This document shows, in pieces, positions 25,001 through 34,300 of a stretch of DNA of 64,000 nt. Source of the stretch: a virus (Duplodnaviria; Caudoviricetes); the IMG/VR virus record IMGVR_UViG_3300032295_003128, positions 1 to 64,000 of that record; one strand, written 5' to 3'. The position numbers were made by a program, and so were the translations under genes. The notes below the pieces were generated by a model. It searched no databases, had not been told where the DNA came from, and saw nothing but the letters and a program-made list of their open reading frames with translations. The number at the start of each line of letters is the position of its first letter. Position 1 is the stretch's first letter.

Positions 25001-27373
25001 CAGCGCGATCGGCGCATTCGGGTCGTCTTCTGGGACAACCGAAGCACCGAAGACTTCGCTGAGTTCAGCCGGCGTATTCGCGGCGTTGAGCTTCTGGTTA
25101 AATTCTTCGGTCAACGTAGCCGGCGCTTCGTCTACGATGCGGTTGCCGACCCGGGAGAACTGACTGGGCTTCAGCTCGAAACGCTCTTTGGTGTCGGCGT
25201 CTTGGAATACGGCGTTTCCGTTTTTACGGCGGCCAATCAACTGGGCGTTACGGAGCGTTCCGGCCTCTAAGATCGAAACCTCGGTTCCAGCCGCTGCCAT
25301 CTCACCGGTCTGATCGGTGAGAACACTGCCCTGCCAATTCTTCGCGGCTTCGGCCCGTTGAGCTTCTTGTTGCTCCCGCGCCTGCCGCAGGTTGCTGACA
25401 AACGTGGCTTTTGAAACCGGCCCAATTACGTTGCGGAGCCAAGAACGATTGTCCCGAGGGACACTGGCACTAAACGGCGCAAGTCGTTTCCGAAGCGCCT
25501 CGACCGCCACCTTTTTCTGCGCGGCTTCTTCGTCGGCCAGAGTTTGGGTTGTAAGCTCTTCTTCGAGACGTGCGATCTCCGCCTCGGTGTCCCGCGCATC
25601 GGCTTCGGTGAAATTGAAAGGAACGCCGTCTGAACCAAGAATCACGAAGCCCTGATCCCCGCCCATGTAAGCGCCGTCGGCGTCGGTATCTTCTGAGCGT
25701 TCGGAGATCGCAGCCGCGCTTCCGGTTTGCGGAGCGAGCGGCTCGGTTCCTTCGACGGCCACGCCTCCGAGGTCGCCTTCTTCCCGCTGGCTCTTGAAGT
25801 ATTCGATTTTCTCAGCGAGTGCGGCTCCTTCTCTGGTCGTAGCATCAAGCGGGGCGACGCGGGCTCCACCAAGACCCACGGCCATCCCTACTCCGCCCTG
25901 AAACTCGGCCTCTGGATCGATGGCGGCCCAGCCATTCGAGGCTGGGAACGCGGCTTCGAGTCCGGCGTTGTATCGAAATTGGCGGCCGTCTAGCTCAATG
26001 GGATCTGACCAGTCTCCCAGAATCTCTTGCGGCGGCTGCGGCGCAGTGGGCGCCTCTTCAGTTTCGTCGGGATCGACTGCTAGATCGTCAAGCGCGGCTT
26101 TGGTGCGGGGAGCAATGTTCTCCAAAACCCCACCGCCACCGCCAAGCATACCGCCGATTGTGGCGCCAGCCGCTGCCGCGATCATACGCTCCCTCCCCGC
26201 CCCAGGAGCGTTCAGCCGCTCTTCGATAGTCTGGTTCGGGTCGGCCATGCCGACGGCCGCCTGTTCGAGGCCGGTCTGGAGATACTCGGTCGTGCCCTCC
26301 AAGGCCGAACCGATGGCTGCTCCTTTGGTCGCTCCAGCGGCAACGCGCCCAGGGAACTTCAAATTCAGCGGCTTGCTTTCGACGCCAAACATCTTGTTGA
26401 CGCCCGGAATCTTTGAAGCCACGAATCCCTCAAACAAAGTATCCAGCGCGGCGCCGGGGACCGATGTGGCGAGAGCCGCTGTGACTGCTTCGCTGCCACC
26501 CTCACCGGTCTCATCCCGAATCTGGCCGTAGGTCCCGCCGGAAATCTGTCCCAGATTGGCGAGGTACGCGCCCGTCATGGCGCCGTAGCGGGTTCCGCTG
26601 GAAACGGCCCCCTGAACTCCCCGCGCAGCATCATCGACAGTCCCCGCAAGTCCACGGGCGGTTCCTTCGGCGGCCTTGGCCCCCACCGAACGGGTCAGGA
26701 GGCCCTGGGTAATCTCTTCGGCGACCTTGCGCTCGGCTTCGTCGGCCACTTCTCCGGCGGCCCGACGCTTGGCGATCTGGTTGATGACCATCCGCTTGGC
26801 GAGCGATTTACCGACCGCGCCGCCGACGCCGCCTCCCAGAATCGAGGTCAAGAGCTGGGGGATCTGTTCGCCGAGGAGGCCGACGGCATAGCGGCCGGCA
26901 TCACCCAAGTCTTCGATATCTTCAAAAGGATCCTGCACCGAAGCGGCCTGCGTGGCCGCCTCTTCCATGGCCCGACGATAATTGTCGTAGCCCCAATCGG
27001 CGCCCCGCTCGATACCCAGTCCGTCGGCGGCCAACCCCAAAAAGCCGTAAGCCAGCCCTTCGAGCTGGTCCCCGCCCCGGCTCAATCCGACAGAGAACTC
27101 TTCTCCCAGAGTGCGTTCGGGGGTAAGGCGGACGCCCCCTTTCATAATATCCCGAATAAACCCCGAGCTTGCCTCCTCGGCCGTTGCCGACTGAGCGCGC
27201 CGCTGGGCCGATCGTTCGCGGAATCCAGCCGCTACCGATTCGGCCGACTCCGGCTCAGGAATTTCGACCGGCTCCGGCGTTCCGAGGCTTCCAAAGTTAG
27301 CCGCCGCCGCTCTGGGACGAGCTAAGGTCAGCGTAGAATCGTTTTCTTCCTCGAGGTCGTCGTACCAAGCCAT
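16070..27373 (-). CDS. giant internal virion / large polyvalent protein (3767 aa) with HExxH metallopeptidase-like domain and LPD38-like C-terminus
   Basis: G/A-rich hydrophobic N-terminus, long coiled coils, LLHELSH at 20387-20401, P/A/E-rich linker, C-terminal APFITF-type region; follows the other ejection genes. Confidence 0.8.
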   Translation of the reverse strand: MAWYDDLEEENDSTLTLARPRAAAANFGSLGTPEPVEIPEPESAESVAAGFRERSAQRRAQSATAEEASSGFIRDIMKGGVRLTPERTLGEEFSVGLSRGGDQLEGLAYGFLGLAADGLGIERGADWGYDNYRRAMEEAATQAASVQDPFEDIEDLGDAGRYAVGLLGEQIPQLLTSILGGGVGGAVGKSLAKRMVINQIAKRRAAGEVADEAERKVAEEITQGLLTRSVGAKAAEGTARGLAGTVDDAARGVQGAVSSGTRYGAMTGAYLANLGQISGGTYGQIRDETGEGGSEAVTAALATSVPGAALDTLFEGFVASKIPGVNKMFGVESKPLNLKFPGRVAAGATKGAAIGSALEGTTEYLQTGLEQAAVGMADPNQTIEERLNAPGAGRERMIAAAAGATIGGMLGGGGGVLENIAPRTKAALDDLAVDPDETEEAPTAPQPPQEILGDWSDPIELDGRQFRYNAGLEAAFPASNGWAAIDPEAEFQGGVGMAVGLGGARVAPLDATTREGAALAEKIEYFKSQREEGDLGGVAVEGTEPLAPQTGSAAAISERSEDTDADGAYMGGDQGFVILGSDGVPFNFTEADARDTEAEIARLEEELTTQTLADEEAAQKKVAVEALRKRLAPFSASVPRDNRSWLRNVIGPVSKATFVSNLRQAREQQEAQRAEAAKNWQGSVLTDQTGEMAAAGTEVSILEAGTLRNAQLIGRRKNGNAVFQDADTKERFELKPSQFSRVGNRIVDEAPATLTEEFNQKLNAANTPAELSEVFGASVVPEDDPNAPIALPPTMTVTDGTGADRGLTYKVEYIFGSDAPSAPSGVVETQDGLGQQSVQETPETQAEREAIGKELNEVRQRLLLSDRGALTSKSDVAANDARVRPVKDQTGKVVEVVKQNLAGRLSVEERSALSAKAQELEQRLAALGDRPKQVSEAGDQRIQRQVAEGLAQGAAASGGPLWNRGRPVKARLTLMIDAPEAAPVRPVRKQIPRPTPMSPEQREAVYARYLEEERAKAYVPTFFTDERGVMQSAPRTPKQIDAVLADAPSLARQRVDDEVVALERQAREEYETQAAQADAEFKAANSQFNLDKANYERAKNRVKTEVARGMNRGDVVRATPELVEMFKNDPTARIENRLFRGVWQPVFTAVDWYGTDGKSAPYQISQGSKPAKTKGSRASEGQFAPDGMPVLAQDPLAFSISPIDQRKDEAWRESQWRIQEADRDRMGELDRQEAARKQELEAALREAMLAREGARTDFNALVDQNANAKAKREQLDKEIEETSAELDGLKTKADAVKREPKLLARRDKLRELLNQQAPSLQEREASVNRLRRLVRTPGKQGGLESDAARYDDQIKLQREEERLAKLKSTRDQYREELSQISKSLPSFRGRRGDAKSRLQLFTDEIRSLEQRLRSLNSTRLNLIDNPETQDKVRKSERSVAELQSQLDVLPFDFEEKRLEAQRKSKAYRPKRFNTELKGLGAFNKVYQSDLGRSIDSDETRLKSRRAEAESTREMQAAVKALPRPLQLLREQITIGGLDAVLPGLFRADTFTNEDTVYETVGAEQGLTGTEAEEVAATARQKAVNSATEAFLNAVRDNPRRPSSLPEADQIRLARQFVAALAEAQKTRMQKSAPQRLSREAIEAVRLDANSAGLRITEDDLADIDTARERIGAELRFLSGKDPAKAEQAAKKLNATLDRIEKESGYKNQRKERGKAAKSSALGTKDFTAVVKALADRPRPEGQTKEQQRAEDRFVNRLATIARDAYAQYDPFETAKKAADAARKQVVTARANKIRTESLQAKAGTGAGEADARLQTKSNEAPTRGRAYQNPEDEMRDLESDDAPDLESEDDGPDLGRVNFRLEGEELELVKALSPEDREILLDAFDYGPEQGRIWYQDEDGEGRRIPRKIDAAEKAVKEGGSVEDVVSTNPRLEEILSYLRSEISYNKLYAERENYIDAASYQPSPAAEKLLERRELLDWAKQGGAARSLARRTPSGVSGRGLSADGGGTSGESPRVSQSLGGQNVEPDAEGGLRSPAGPDADGPGGVSGRPADATQRPRARTRLLNRTVRRIARNAARTYVAGYSGLKADDLKGYTDDEIDRIASAIETDGKSSENTLAAGGNVIGQTMQPIADMLITQSSTDLLLGMGRTQKARSNTPRQVQLARKNMRDLIKANAFKDIDTFLKTVAADPKVNAKSRAAAQAFLKLNSRLNWNDNVSLQIAGFGRNYAARPITLEEVEKRLAVKDGNYVVTLDGKKRQIPIDETDPEQRQTLLDEVTRDIAKSNSVIWSGRASVDANGAYSVYLNSTGNHTNRAEGIIDTLLHELSHVAVSAKLSGEVELNPAERSAIARLETLRSKAILAEARSRGLDVPKNLSGADVQIITDQLAEAAAAESNQPLAALVSLEEFVVDVTHNPEVAKRLAELGFGKADGTSRNFMDAIKDVWNAVVTLITGVQVDRNSPLAEGFSDSWRLNFASVDGDAAPELIRSRMVDEMAALVAQQQFIEEQIEARDLAGTAEDRNRIAAEWPAERDVRAKAAAEARWLMVIPNPVPEPNQVKFPEFTRGQRRADQAAPAPAPAPAIEARPLAEVSSELASKRRDLQALNDVLGAFNYGSQPGMRSIENYGPRNELQRDIQKLEAELVVAEQVDAEQALAAEQAAAEQAEAEQAAAAAALAAEQAAAAEAAAKPEETDTNADTDPDPEPEPPKPKSKSKAKKEKATTPEPTPEPKPEPKPEAKATTKAKAEPKAKAAAKTAAPRTKAVATDAPSLDVAAAVATMTREEFVAAASPKRDEDGDVIEGAVKPATGGVMAAGVYWDYNNPAAEQTFFSLGGVFRDEVIPTGPGNYVREKSFTAVTRDMDRRGYQLLLDSQFNQKADASRADDLLRILGRQLREAANAGVRVNRATITTALGNLENPFTEDQLNDIARIRLTDPKAASEKRMVYLRLNRAAFRVKQQAALKSLPRAIKKTVREMNEHLMVLQEKVSDMVGGDMKLAVDENLGIYLNRSYSIFDLKDKWVQQIRKNTKVMADARRFIRRQLVKDNADSLIEEAAAKGQVLGRAEADRQAAKGLSAANVDNVLESFLAVYKSSPSLEVLSGRIPGQKNLSILTKRGVIAPEIQRLWGVNDDPETSYGKTVMKLTSLVHNHKFLTEFRELGLSEGWLRDNGEDRPVGYVKIATEGNERLSPLAGMYGNSEMVEGLYRMFPPRQKPNPVYNIAAKGTALSMAMATVGSAAGQVRNYLSGWLKLLSTGNFNLKAIGKGHSLAIQDVFKNYKDRAAARNAIEELIQLGIFGESVSVNLVENLLNDMQSVGRAASTKGPEGFLEHLTRPITATWDFAKGTYAMGDNIFKAIIYFSELENYRKAFPKMAEDDLKKKAAQIARDIHWTYSLAPEWVQELKKGPGLVIAPFITFTTEVVRTNVNTLKLAFDEIKSGNPELVKLGWRRVAGFTTALSVPSVVAGSFMAMAGLSSDDEEDLREFLPDWQKNNQLLLFGRKDGKISFADVSFADPNDYLKKPLWAFWRAVTGAEDITTGLGKAAAGAFQEALSPFASEQLLAGSLMDVARNTDSRGQRIYNPQDSTTNILKNVGIHVGNVFVPGTARSADRIYKAFTGQVTESGRAYDPFNEILAVVAGQRINEVDLSQSAGFAGSAYMREMRDASALFNRVFLSNGTQAPGAVAEALRLTNEARERIAKKYHRKYLSARSLGLSQTAFRDRLRAVGVGEDNTEAVMSGEIPPYVPSPDAVREAEKRGLTDRIREIQ
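21157..21528 (-). CDS. putative overprinted gene (123 aa) in an alternative frame of the giant gene
   Basis: TATAAT at 21541-21536 followed 7 nt later by ATG; protein-like helical sequence while the host frame is G/R/S low-complexity. Confidence 0.5.
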   Translation of the reverse strand: MQNEKTTLTPPVTSRPQPQKNSLNDENSSTGPSKAEPRARSRAELLAEYPDVACRLMAVVLLENHPELASRLGDKMLNRMLKGDYGALPDLMLTDPGAFQEDPLTRLSDLAHELVFSTAPSDG

Positions 27374-27378
27374 TGCTA

Positions 27379-27407
27379 AAAGTAGCGGTTGTCAGGTTAT
27401 GATGCAA
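27379..27407 (-). promoter_or_regulatory. sigma70-like promoter for the giant gene with a family C box in its spacer
   Basis: TTGCAT-17 nt-TACTTT, then 5 nt to the ATG. Confidence 0.45.
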
Positions 27408-27422
27408 CTGCCTGAAACTCGA

Positions 27423-29366
27423 TTAAAGTTTACCGAGTTGGGCGCGAAGTTGCTTCAGCTCGGAATCGATGCGGCTCCATTGTTTTTTCGCCGACTTATA
27501 GTCCGGTCGTCCGTCGGCTCCCGGTAAAGGAACGATCGCCGCCTGATCTTTTGTAAGCTGGGCTATTTGGAACTCGATGCTTGCGCGTTTACCGGACTTT
27601 GCTTGCTGAGCCTTCGCGCTGCCCGCCCGTGCGCTCAGATTTTCGCTCAAATCTTTGTACCTCCGGTCGGCGGCTTCTCGGGTCGAGGCGTCAACCGCAT
27701 CCATATTTTCTGCCGTGAACGGATTCGGTTTGGCGACGTTGGCGGGTTCGGCTGCGGGCGCTGTTGCTGTGGCTGCGGGCGCAATCTGCTTCGCCTTTAC
27801 TTTTTCGAGAACCTCGGCCAAAGGTATCGCGGCTCCCCCTTTCACCACAAACATCTGTTTGTATACGTCGGGATACGATCGAGCCGCATCGAGGATTTCC
27901 TCTTCAGCGGCTGCATCCGAAAGCCCGTCCAATGAAATCGCGTAGCCGCTTTGAGTAAGCCTTGGGACGAGAGCCCTCAGCTCTGCGCGGGCCTTATCTT
28001 GTGTTGCCGCGTCAGGTGAGGACATCGTCTTTTGGTATGCGGCGAGGGCCACTTGTTGATCGGAGATCTGGGGCGCGCCCGATGCTTCGAGGAGCCGTCG
28101 GTCTGCTTCATCCATCAAAAGCTGAGCCCGGGTTTCTTCGCCACGTCCGCTCAAAACTGCCGCCTGAGCCCGTAGGACCTCTGCATTGTTTTTAGCCAAC
28201 TCAAGCGCCTTTGAAGGATCCACCACGTCGGCCTTTACTAGTCCCATGTCTACCGCCACCTGTTGCTCTGCCCGCTTTTGCGCGGCCAGTGTGACGTAGT
28301 CGATTGCGCCCGACCATCCGCCGCGCCCGCCAGAATCGCGGTGATACTTTTCGACTTCGGTGACAAGCGTGGGATCCATTTTTGACAACGCGTCGAACTC
28401 AACCGCCCCCATGCCGAGGTCCGAAGCTGCGTTGTTAATGAACTGCTGCGCGACCAAACTTTCCGCGCCTTTTAGACGACCCAGTTGGCGACGATCGCTG
28501 GCTTCCATCTGCCGGCTCTTTAGCACCGTAGACGCTTGCCGATAGTCATCGAGTAAGCCGCGCAATGGAGAGGTGGTCGGCTCGGTGGCTGCTTGGGGTT
28601 CTGGCTCCGGCGCGTTGAACTCAGTAAACGGATTGGTCGATTTTCCGCCCCGGGTTTGTAGCGTGTTTGCGGCCGAGGCCACGACGGCGTCTTTCTCTTC
28701 AGGTGAATATGTCTTGCTGGATTCCACGGCGCTCCCGCCGGAGCCGATAGGGGCCAACTCCTCGCCTGGAGGAGGCCCGCCATTGTAGTCAGCCATTCTC
28801 GCATCAAAGCTGTCGAGGGGGTTGGGTTTCCGCGATTGGCCGAAAGTATTCATGAGCGGGTTTCCAGAAGAAGATGAATCCAGCCGTAACGGCGCGCCGG
28901 AATCCAAATCAAAACTTTGCTGCGGCTCTTCGGCGACCGGAAGTTTATCAAGGCCAATGGAAGCGGGTTTTGGTTCAGACGTTGACGCGCTAGAAGCCCG
29001 ACGGAAAACGCGGTTATAGAGCGCTGGATCCCCTAGAAGGCCTTCGAGCGAACCTCCAGCTTCGAGCGCCCCGAGGCGTTCCTCGTTAATGCTGGTAGCC
29101 TCTGCCCTCTGGCGTTCAGCTAGTGCGGTGCGATATCCAATGTCCGCCTGAAGGTTCGCAATCTCTAGTTGCGCTTTCTTGGCGATGTACGGCATCGCCT
29201 CCCGCTTGATGGCGTTGTCGATCGTCGACTCCTCTTGGCGTCGCTGCTCCTCTTGCTGCATGAGCTTAGTGCGACGGACGTCGTTAAACGCCGCGATGCC
29301 CACTCCGATGGGGTTCCAGTCCCATGGAGGTGCTGTGCTGATTGGTGCGAATGCTGCTCCTGCCAT
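27423..29366 (-). CDS. internal virion (ejection) protein (647 aa)
   Basis: Position between pilot-like and giant genes; A/Q/E-rich helical sequence; ATG at 29366. Confidence 0.65.
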   Translation of the reverse strand: MAGAAFAPISTAPPWDWNPIGVGIAAFNDVRRTKLMQQEEQRRQEESTIDNAIKREAMPYIAKKAQLEIANLQADIGYRTALAERQRAEATSINEERLGALEAGGSLEGLLGDPALYNRVFRRASSASTSEPKPASIGLDKLPVAEEPQQSFDLDSGAPLRLDSSSSGNPLMNTFGQSRKPNPLDSFDARMADYNGGPPPGEELAPIGSGGSAVESSKTYSPEEKDAVVASAANTLQTRGGKSTNPFTEFNAPEPEPQAATEPTTSPLRGLLDDYRQASTVLKSRQMEASDRRQLGRLKGAESLVAQQFINNAASDLGMGAVEFDALSKMDPTLVTEVEKYHRDSGGRGGWSGAIDYVTLAAQKRAEQQVAVDMGLVKADVVDPSKALELAKNNAEVLRAQAAVLSGRGEETRAQLLMDEADRRLLEASGAPQISDQQVALAAYQKTMSSPDAATQDKARAELRALVPRLTQSGYAISLDGLSDAAAEEEILDAARSYPDVYKQMFVVKGGAAIPLAEVLEKVKAKQIAPAATATAPAAEPANVAKPNPFTAENMDAVDASTREAADRRYKDLSENLSARAGSAKAQQAKSGKRASIEFQIAQLTKDQAAIVPLPGADGRPDYKSAKKQWSRIDSELKQLRAQLGKL

Positions 29367-29370
29367 AATG

Positions 29371-30870
29371 TTAAATATAACTGAATGATTTATTTCCAAC
29401 CCCATACTTACCGGCTGGAGTGTAATAATACTGACCGACACCCCACCGCGACATCTCAGAAGGGTCTTTGCCCCACGCTTTAGCTGCGCCGGTAGCCGAT
29501 CCATAAAAACCTGAATTACGGTCTAAGCCTCCCGTCACCATCGAGCTTAACGAGCTTCCGACACCTAGGATATCGTTGAAGCTAAAGCGACTTTGGGGTG
29601 CCGAGAAGCTCCTGCTGTAGTCTCCGCCGCCTCCACTCCCGCCAAGCGATCCCCCAAGGCTCGCCCCTAATGAAGCACCTGCGGCAGTGCCTAACCCAGG
29701 GGCCACGAAAGTGCCTACTAAACCCCCTGCGACAGCTCCGCCGAGTGACGCGATAGAAGATAGCCCCGCTGCGTATTGCCGGTTCTTGTCCGCTTCTACT
29801 TGAAGTTGATTTTGCCAAGACGTGTTGTTGATGCTCTGTCTCCAGTCCCCCCACGTTGTAGCAGCCGCGACAGACTGTCTTGACGCGGAGTCGTACGCAG
29901 AGGTCTGCATGGCGCCGCTTTTTAGTATCGCGTCTAGCCCGCCCAAGTATCGTGTCTTGCCCATGTCGCTTTGCGACACAAGAACATCCCGTGCGACGCC
30001 TTGCCGGGCCCCTAAAATTGTATTCAAGCCAGTCTGTTGATTCCGAACGTATGCTTGTTGCGCTCCAAATATATTTTCGTTGTTTCGCTGGTTTATTGTT
30101 AGCGCGTCTTTACTGCTTATCCCCAGGTAGTCACTGGCCTGCGCTGCCGTGGTTTGCAATCCGGATACTTGGGTGTCGTAGATAAGTTTCGCCCAATTCT
30201 GGGCGCTTTGGTCTGCCTGCATCGCAAGATCCAGCGAAGTGAGGCCTAAGTTACGAGCGGCCAACGCCGATCCCGCTTGGCTTCCAGCCCCAAGTCCTCC
30301 CTGAAGAGCCCCGTACGCGCTTTGCCGTTGCACGGAAGCCATCACGTCGGCGGGCAAACGCCCTTGTAACATCTCAAGGTTGTTCCGGCTAATCTGCTCT
30401 TGCTGAGCTAACTGATACGGGTTTGCCCGGTCGATCATGCTTTGCCGAGTACGGAACGCAGACTCCGTCAACTTGTCGGCAAAACTAATAAAATTGTCTG
30501 CATTCTTTAGGTTGAAATCGACTGCCTCTTGGCCTGAGCGCGTAACAAGGCCCTCTGAACGAGTTTTGTATTCGTCGATATAGCCTTTCTCTTCTGCGTA
30601 GAGTGCCGGCAGCGCGTCTCGAAAAGACGCGATGGCATCTTGCATCGATGTAGAATATTCGGTGTTGGCGGACTCGATAAGAGAGCGGTAGTCACCAGCT
30701 CTTTCTTGCTCTAGCGTAACAACCTCCTTGGCCGCAGCGATACTTTTATCGACGTACGCTTTGATCGCGGCCATCGATTTCCCGTACGCATCGTCCGCAA
30801 GCTGAATTCCTTTTTGCTCCCGTTCCCGGTTCACCTTCCCCGGATCGCCTTTGCTGCCGCCCATGCTCAT
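29371..30870 (-). CDS. internal virion / pilot-like ejection protein (499 aa)
   Basis: AGGAGG SD; MSMGGSKG start; Q/A-rich body; G-rich hydrophobic tail (GLVGTFVAPGLGTAAGASLG). Confidence 0.7.
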   Translation of the reverse strand: MSMGGSKGDPGKVNREREQKGIQLADDAYGKSMAAIKAYVDKSIAAAKEVVTLEQERAGDYRSLIESANTEYSTSMQDAIASFRDALPALYAEEKGYIDEYKTRSEGLVTRSGQEAVDFNLKNADNFISFADKLTESAFRTRQSMIDRANPYQLAQQEQISRNNLEMLQGRLPADVMASVQRQSAYGALQGGLGAGSQAGSALAARNLGLTSLDLAMQADQSAQNWAKLIYDTQVSGLQTTAAQASDYLGISSKDALTINQRNNENIFGAQQAYVRNQQTGLNTILGARQGVARDVLVSQSDMGKTRYLGGLDAILKSGAMQTSAYDSASRQSVAAATTWGDWRQSINNTSWQNQLQVEADKNRQYAAGLSSIASLGGAVAGGLVGTFVAPGLGTAAGASLGASLGGSLGGSGGGGDYSRSFSAPQSRFSFNDILGVGSSLSSMVTGGLDRNSGFYGSATGAAKAWGKDPSEMSRWGVGQYYYTPAGKYGVGNKSFSYI

Positions 30871-31340
30871 GCGGCCTCCTTCCCGATCCACTCAATTGGA
30901 TCGTCATTCGCGGTGAAGAATTTCCACATTTCAAGGCTCGACTCCCGGGCGGCTTCGGGGCCTCGAAGGATCATCACGATCATCGGAGCCATCAGGAGAT
31001 GGACGTCCCGGAGCGTCAACGCATAGGCGCGACCCCTCGGCCCTTCGCGCTCCAGTTCCACCGAATCCCGCCAAGCGATGATGGCTTGGAAAATTAGCGG
31101 CATCAGCTTCGCTTTGTGCGCGTTGAAAAACTCGTTGGTCGGCAGCTCGACCAAAGCACCCCAGAAGGTCAGGTCGATTTCTTCGCGGGGCGGCAGTTCG
31201 TCGCCATCGACGAGGGCGTCCCAGAGTTCGGAGATGGCACCAAGCGTCGTGATGAAATCAAGGGCGCTTTGATTGCCGTCAAACCAAGCCAAGAGCTTGG
31301 CGTCTCGGGCGTCTCTCCATTCAGGTGAATCGTAGATCAT
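30867..31340 (-). CDS. conserved podovirus-type helical protein (WDxLVDGD motif)
   Basis: ELWDALVDGD...ELPTNEFF; located just before the ejection genes. Confidence 0.7.
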   Translation of the reverse strand: MIYDSPEWRDARDAKLLAWFDGNQSALDFITTLGAISELWDALVDGDELPPREEIDLTFWGALVELPTNEFFNAHKAKLMPLIFQAIIAWRDSVELEREGPRGRAYALTLRDVHLLMAPMIVMILRGPEAARESSLEMWKFFTANDDPIEWIGKEAA

Positions 31341-31359
31341 GGGTTAGCAGGTTATTATA

Positions 31360-34300
31360 TCACCGCATGAAGCGGACTGCACGTCGGATGGGCGGCTGCC
31401 CCGTGAAGTTCTGCTGTGCGAGCTGGGTGGCGAGCATTTGGGTGGCCTTCTCCATATGGGCCGCGATCTGGTCTCCTCCCAGAAGAAACCCCTTGGCGGC
31501 CTCGAAGACGGCGGCAAAGTTCCGCAGATACATCTTCTCGTTGTCTGAAGCATGAGGCATGAAGCGCCGCTTCCCGAGGATACGGACCACGGGGACTGTG
31601 TCGGGCAGAGTGATGAAGTATTTGCGCTTGAGCTTGTTGCCGTCAGCGGGGTCAGGAGCCTCGCCGCGATCGACTGCGCCTTGCATCCAAGTGTAGTCGT
31701 CCCCGCGATAGCCAGGGCCGCCGCGCAGCCATTCGGAGTACCTATCATGGACGGCACGGGGATTGTTATCGAAGGACATGAAAAGGATCGTCTCGATCTC
31801 CTGGGGCAGGAAAAACTCGCCCGTCGCGGTGACGTTGAGCGCGTAAGTGTCCACGCTGCCGACCCACTTGCCGGTGAGCATGAGCTGCTCTTCGGCGGTG
31901 TTGATGAACCGCTTCACAGCAGCGTCGGAAAGCCGATACGCTTCGGGGAGTTCCAGCCCTGCCCGGCCCCAGTGGTAACCGAACGTGTCCGGAGCAGAGG
32001 CCGACAACTGCTGCCGCTTGGCGCGGCGGGTTTCTTCGATGTCGGCCACAATGTCGCGTTCGACCAGAGCAAGGGCCGATGCCTTTATGGCTCCGGCGGC
32101 GTCGGCATACTTGGAATCATCGTCACGACCATTGACGACAACTACCGATCCAGACGGGGAGTTGTTCTTGCGCGTCATGGCAGCCGGGACCAAGTAGCTC
32201 TCGATCATCAGCTTTTTCTGCTCGTACGTCACGGGAGGACGCGGGCCGCTGTAATCTTCGCGCCGTTGGAGGAACGCTTGGTGAGAACGAATTTCTGTGA
32301 CGGCTTGATCGGCCAACGTCTGCATCCTCGAAGTGGGGATCTGCAATCCTCCGGCGATTTCGTTGTGGAGGCGCCCGATTTCTCCGGTCGCATCGCGCCG
32401 AGCTTCTTCAACGCTGCGAACGAGATTCCTTTCCACGAGAGCAAAGGCTTCTTGCTTAAAGGCCGCAGCGGCATCGGCTTGCCCCCGGGACGTGGCAACA
32501 TAGGATTCGACGAGCTTCTTGCGGATCTCGTCGTCGAACGTTGTGGGTGCGGTCGCTTTGTAATCTTCGCGACGGGCCAAGAAGTTAAAGTGCGCGGTGG
32601 CTTCGGTGTTGGCCGTTGTCAGGTAGGTGTCAATTCGCGCCGTAGGGATCTTCACGCCGTCAGGCAGCTCATTGTGCAGCCGCCCTGCGAAGGTCAGCAC
32701 AGCGCGACGAGACGCTTCTACCGCAGTCATCAGGTCTCGCTCGATAAATTCGAAGGCTTCCTGTTTGAGTTTGGTGGCTACGTCGGGAGCGGCTTGAGCG
32801 GTAGCAAGGTAGGACTCGACCAGTTTCTTGCGAATCTCAAACGTAGGGAATGAACCGGGAACTGTCGCGTTGTAGTCCTCTCGTTTTGCCAAAAAATTGT
32901 AATGCGCGGTGGCTTCCGTCGTGGCCGTAGACAAGTAAGTCGTAAGTCTTGCCGTCGGGATTTTTACGCCGTCAGGCAACTCGTTGTGTAAACGGGTTTC
33001 ATCCGGACTTCCGGCAACGTTACGGCGAGTCTCTTCTACTTGAGTCATCAAGTTGCGTTCGATCAGCTCAAACGCCGTCTGCTTCAACTGACTGGCAATG
33101 TCGGGCGCCCCTTGGGCAACAGCGATACATGCTTCAACAAGCTTTTTGCGGATCTCAAACGGGAAAGTCGGCGCGGTCGCGTTGTAGTCTTCTCGACGGG
33201 CCAAGAAATTGAAGTGATCTGTAGCTTCGGTTACCGCCTGGGACAAATACGCGGCAAGGCGAGTAGTCGGGTATTTGAGCCCCTCGGGAAGTTCGTTGTG
33301 CAGTTTGGCGACGTCTGCGTCAGCCGTATACTCGCGGCGGGCTTTTTCCACCTGCGCCATCAGGTTGCGTTCGATTAGCGAAAACGCCTCGGATTTAAGA
33401 CTCGCGCTCAAATCAACGACTTTGTCGTTTCCTGCCGTTGCGGTGCCTCGCGCCGTGGCGAGGTACGATTCGACGAGCTTCTTGCGAATTTCAAAAGGAA
33501 ACGGGTTGGGCAGAGTGCCGGTGGAGTAGTCCTCGCGGCGGGATAGAAAGTTCCAATGGGCCGTCGCGTCCAAGACCGCTTGATTCATGTAGTCTACGAT
33601 GCGCGCAGTCATCACTTTGACGCCATCGGGTAGTTCGTTGTGCAATTGCCCAATCTCGCCAGGTTGGTCGCGCCGATTAGCTTCAACCCTTGCCATTAGA
33701 TCGCGCTCGATCAACGAAGCAGCTTCTTGCTTCAAGGCGGTTGCAACTTCGGCCTGCCCGCCAGCGGTCGCGATATACGCTTCGACTAGTTTCTTTTTGA
33801 TCTCAAAAGGAAACGACGGAAACGGCGGGTCGGTTTCTCTGTAGTCTTCGCGGCGCGCGAAGAAAGCCCACTGAGCGGCAGCGTCGGTCCCCGCTTGAGA
33901 CAAATAGGTTTCAAGCCGACCGGTCTTAAACCGAGTTCCGCCGGGCAGCTCATTGTGCAAGCGGCCAGCTTCGCCGGGAGAACCTTTACGTTCCGCCTCG
34001 ACCAAAGCCATCACGTTGCGCTGGATCAACTCGAATGCCTGCGTTTTGATCGCGCCACCGTCGGCTCCATTGTCGGTCATCAACAAAGACAGCGTCAGGA
34101 GGCGGATGACTTCTCCCGGTAGCGCGGCTGGAAATGAAGTGGCGTCGCTGGAGAGCGCGATAAACGTCAGCGGGACACGATCAAATTCCTCCGACCGAGC
34201 AATGAAGTTGTGGTGGTCTATCGCCTGTTGGTATGCCTGATTAAGGTAAGACCGAATACGGGTCGCGGTAAGCCGATACTTAGAAACGGTCTCAAGCCCA

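Noticed and set aside
31552-32853. 433-aa plus-strand ORF
   Set aside because: Antisense shadow of the repeat adaptor-like gene.
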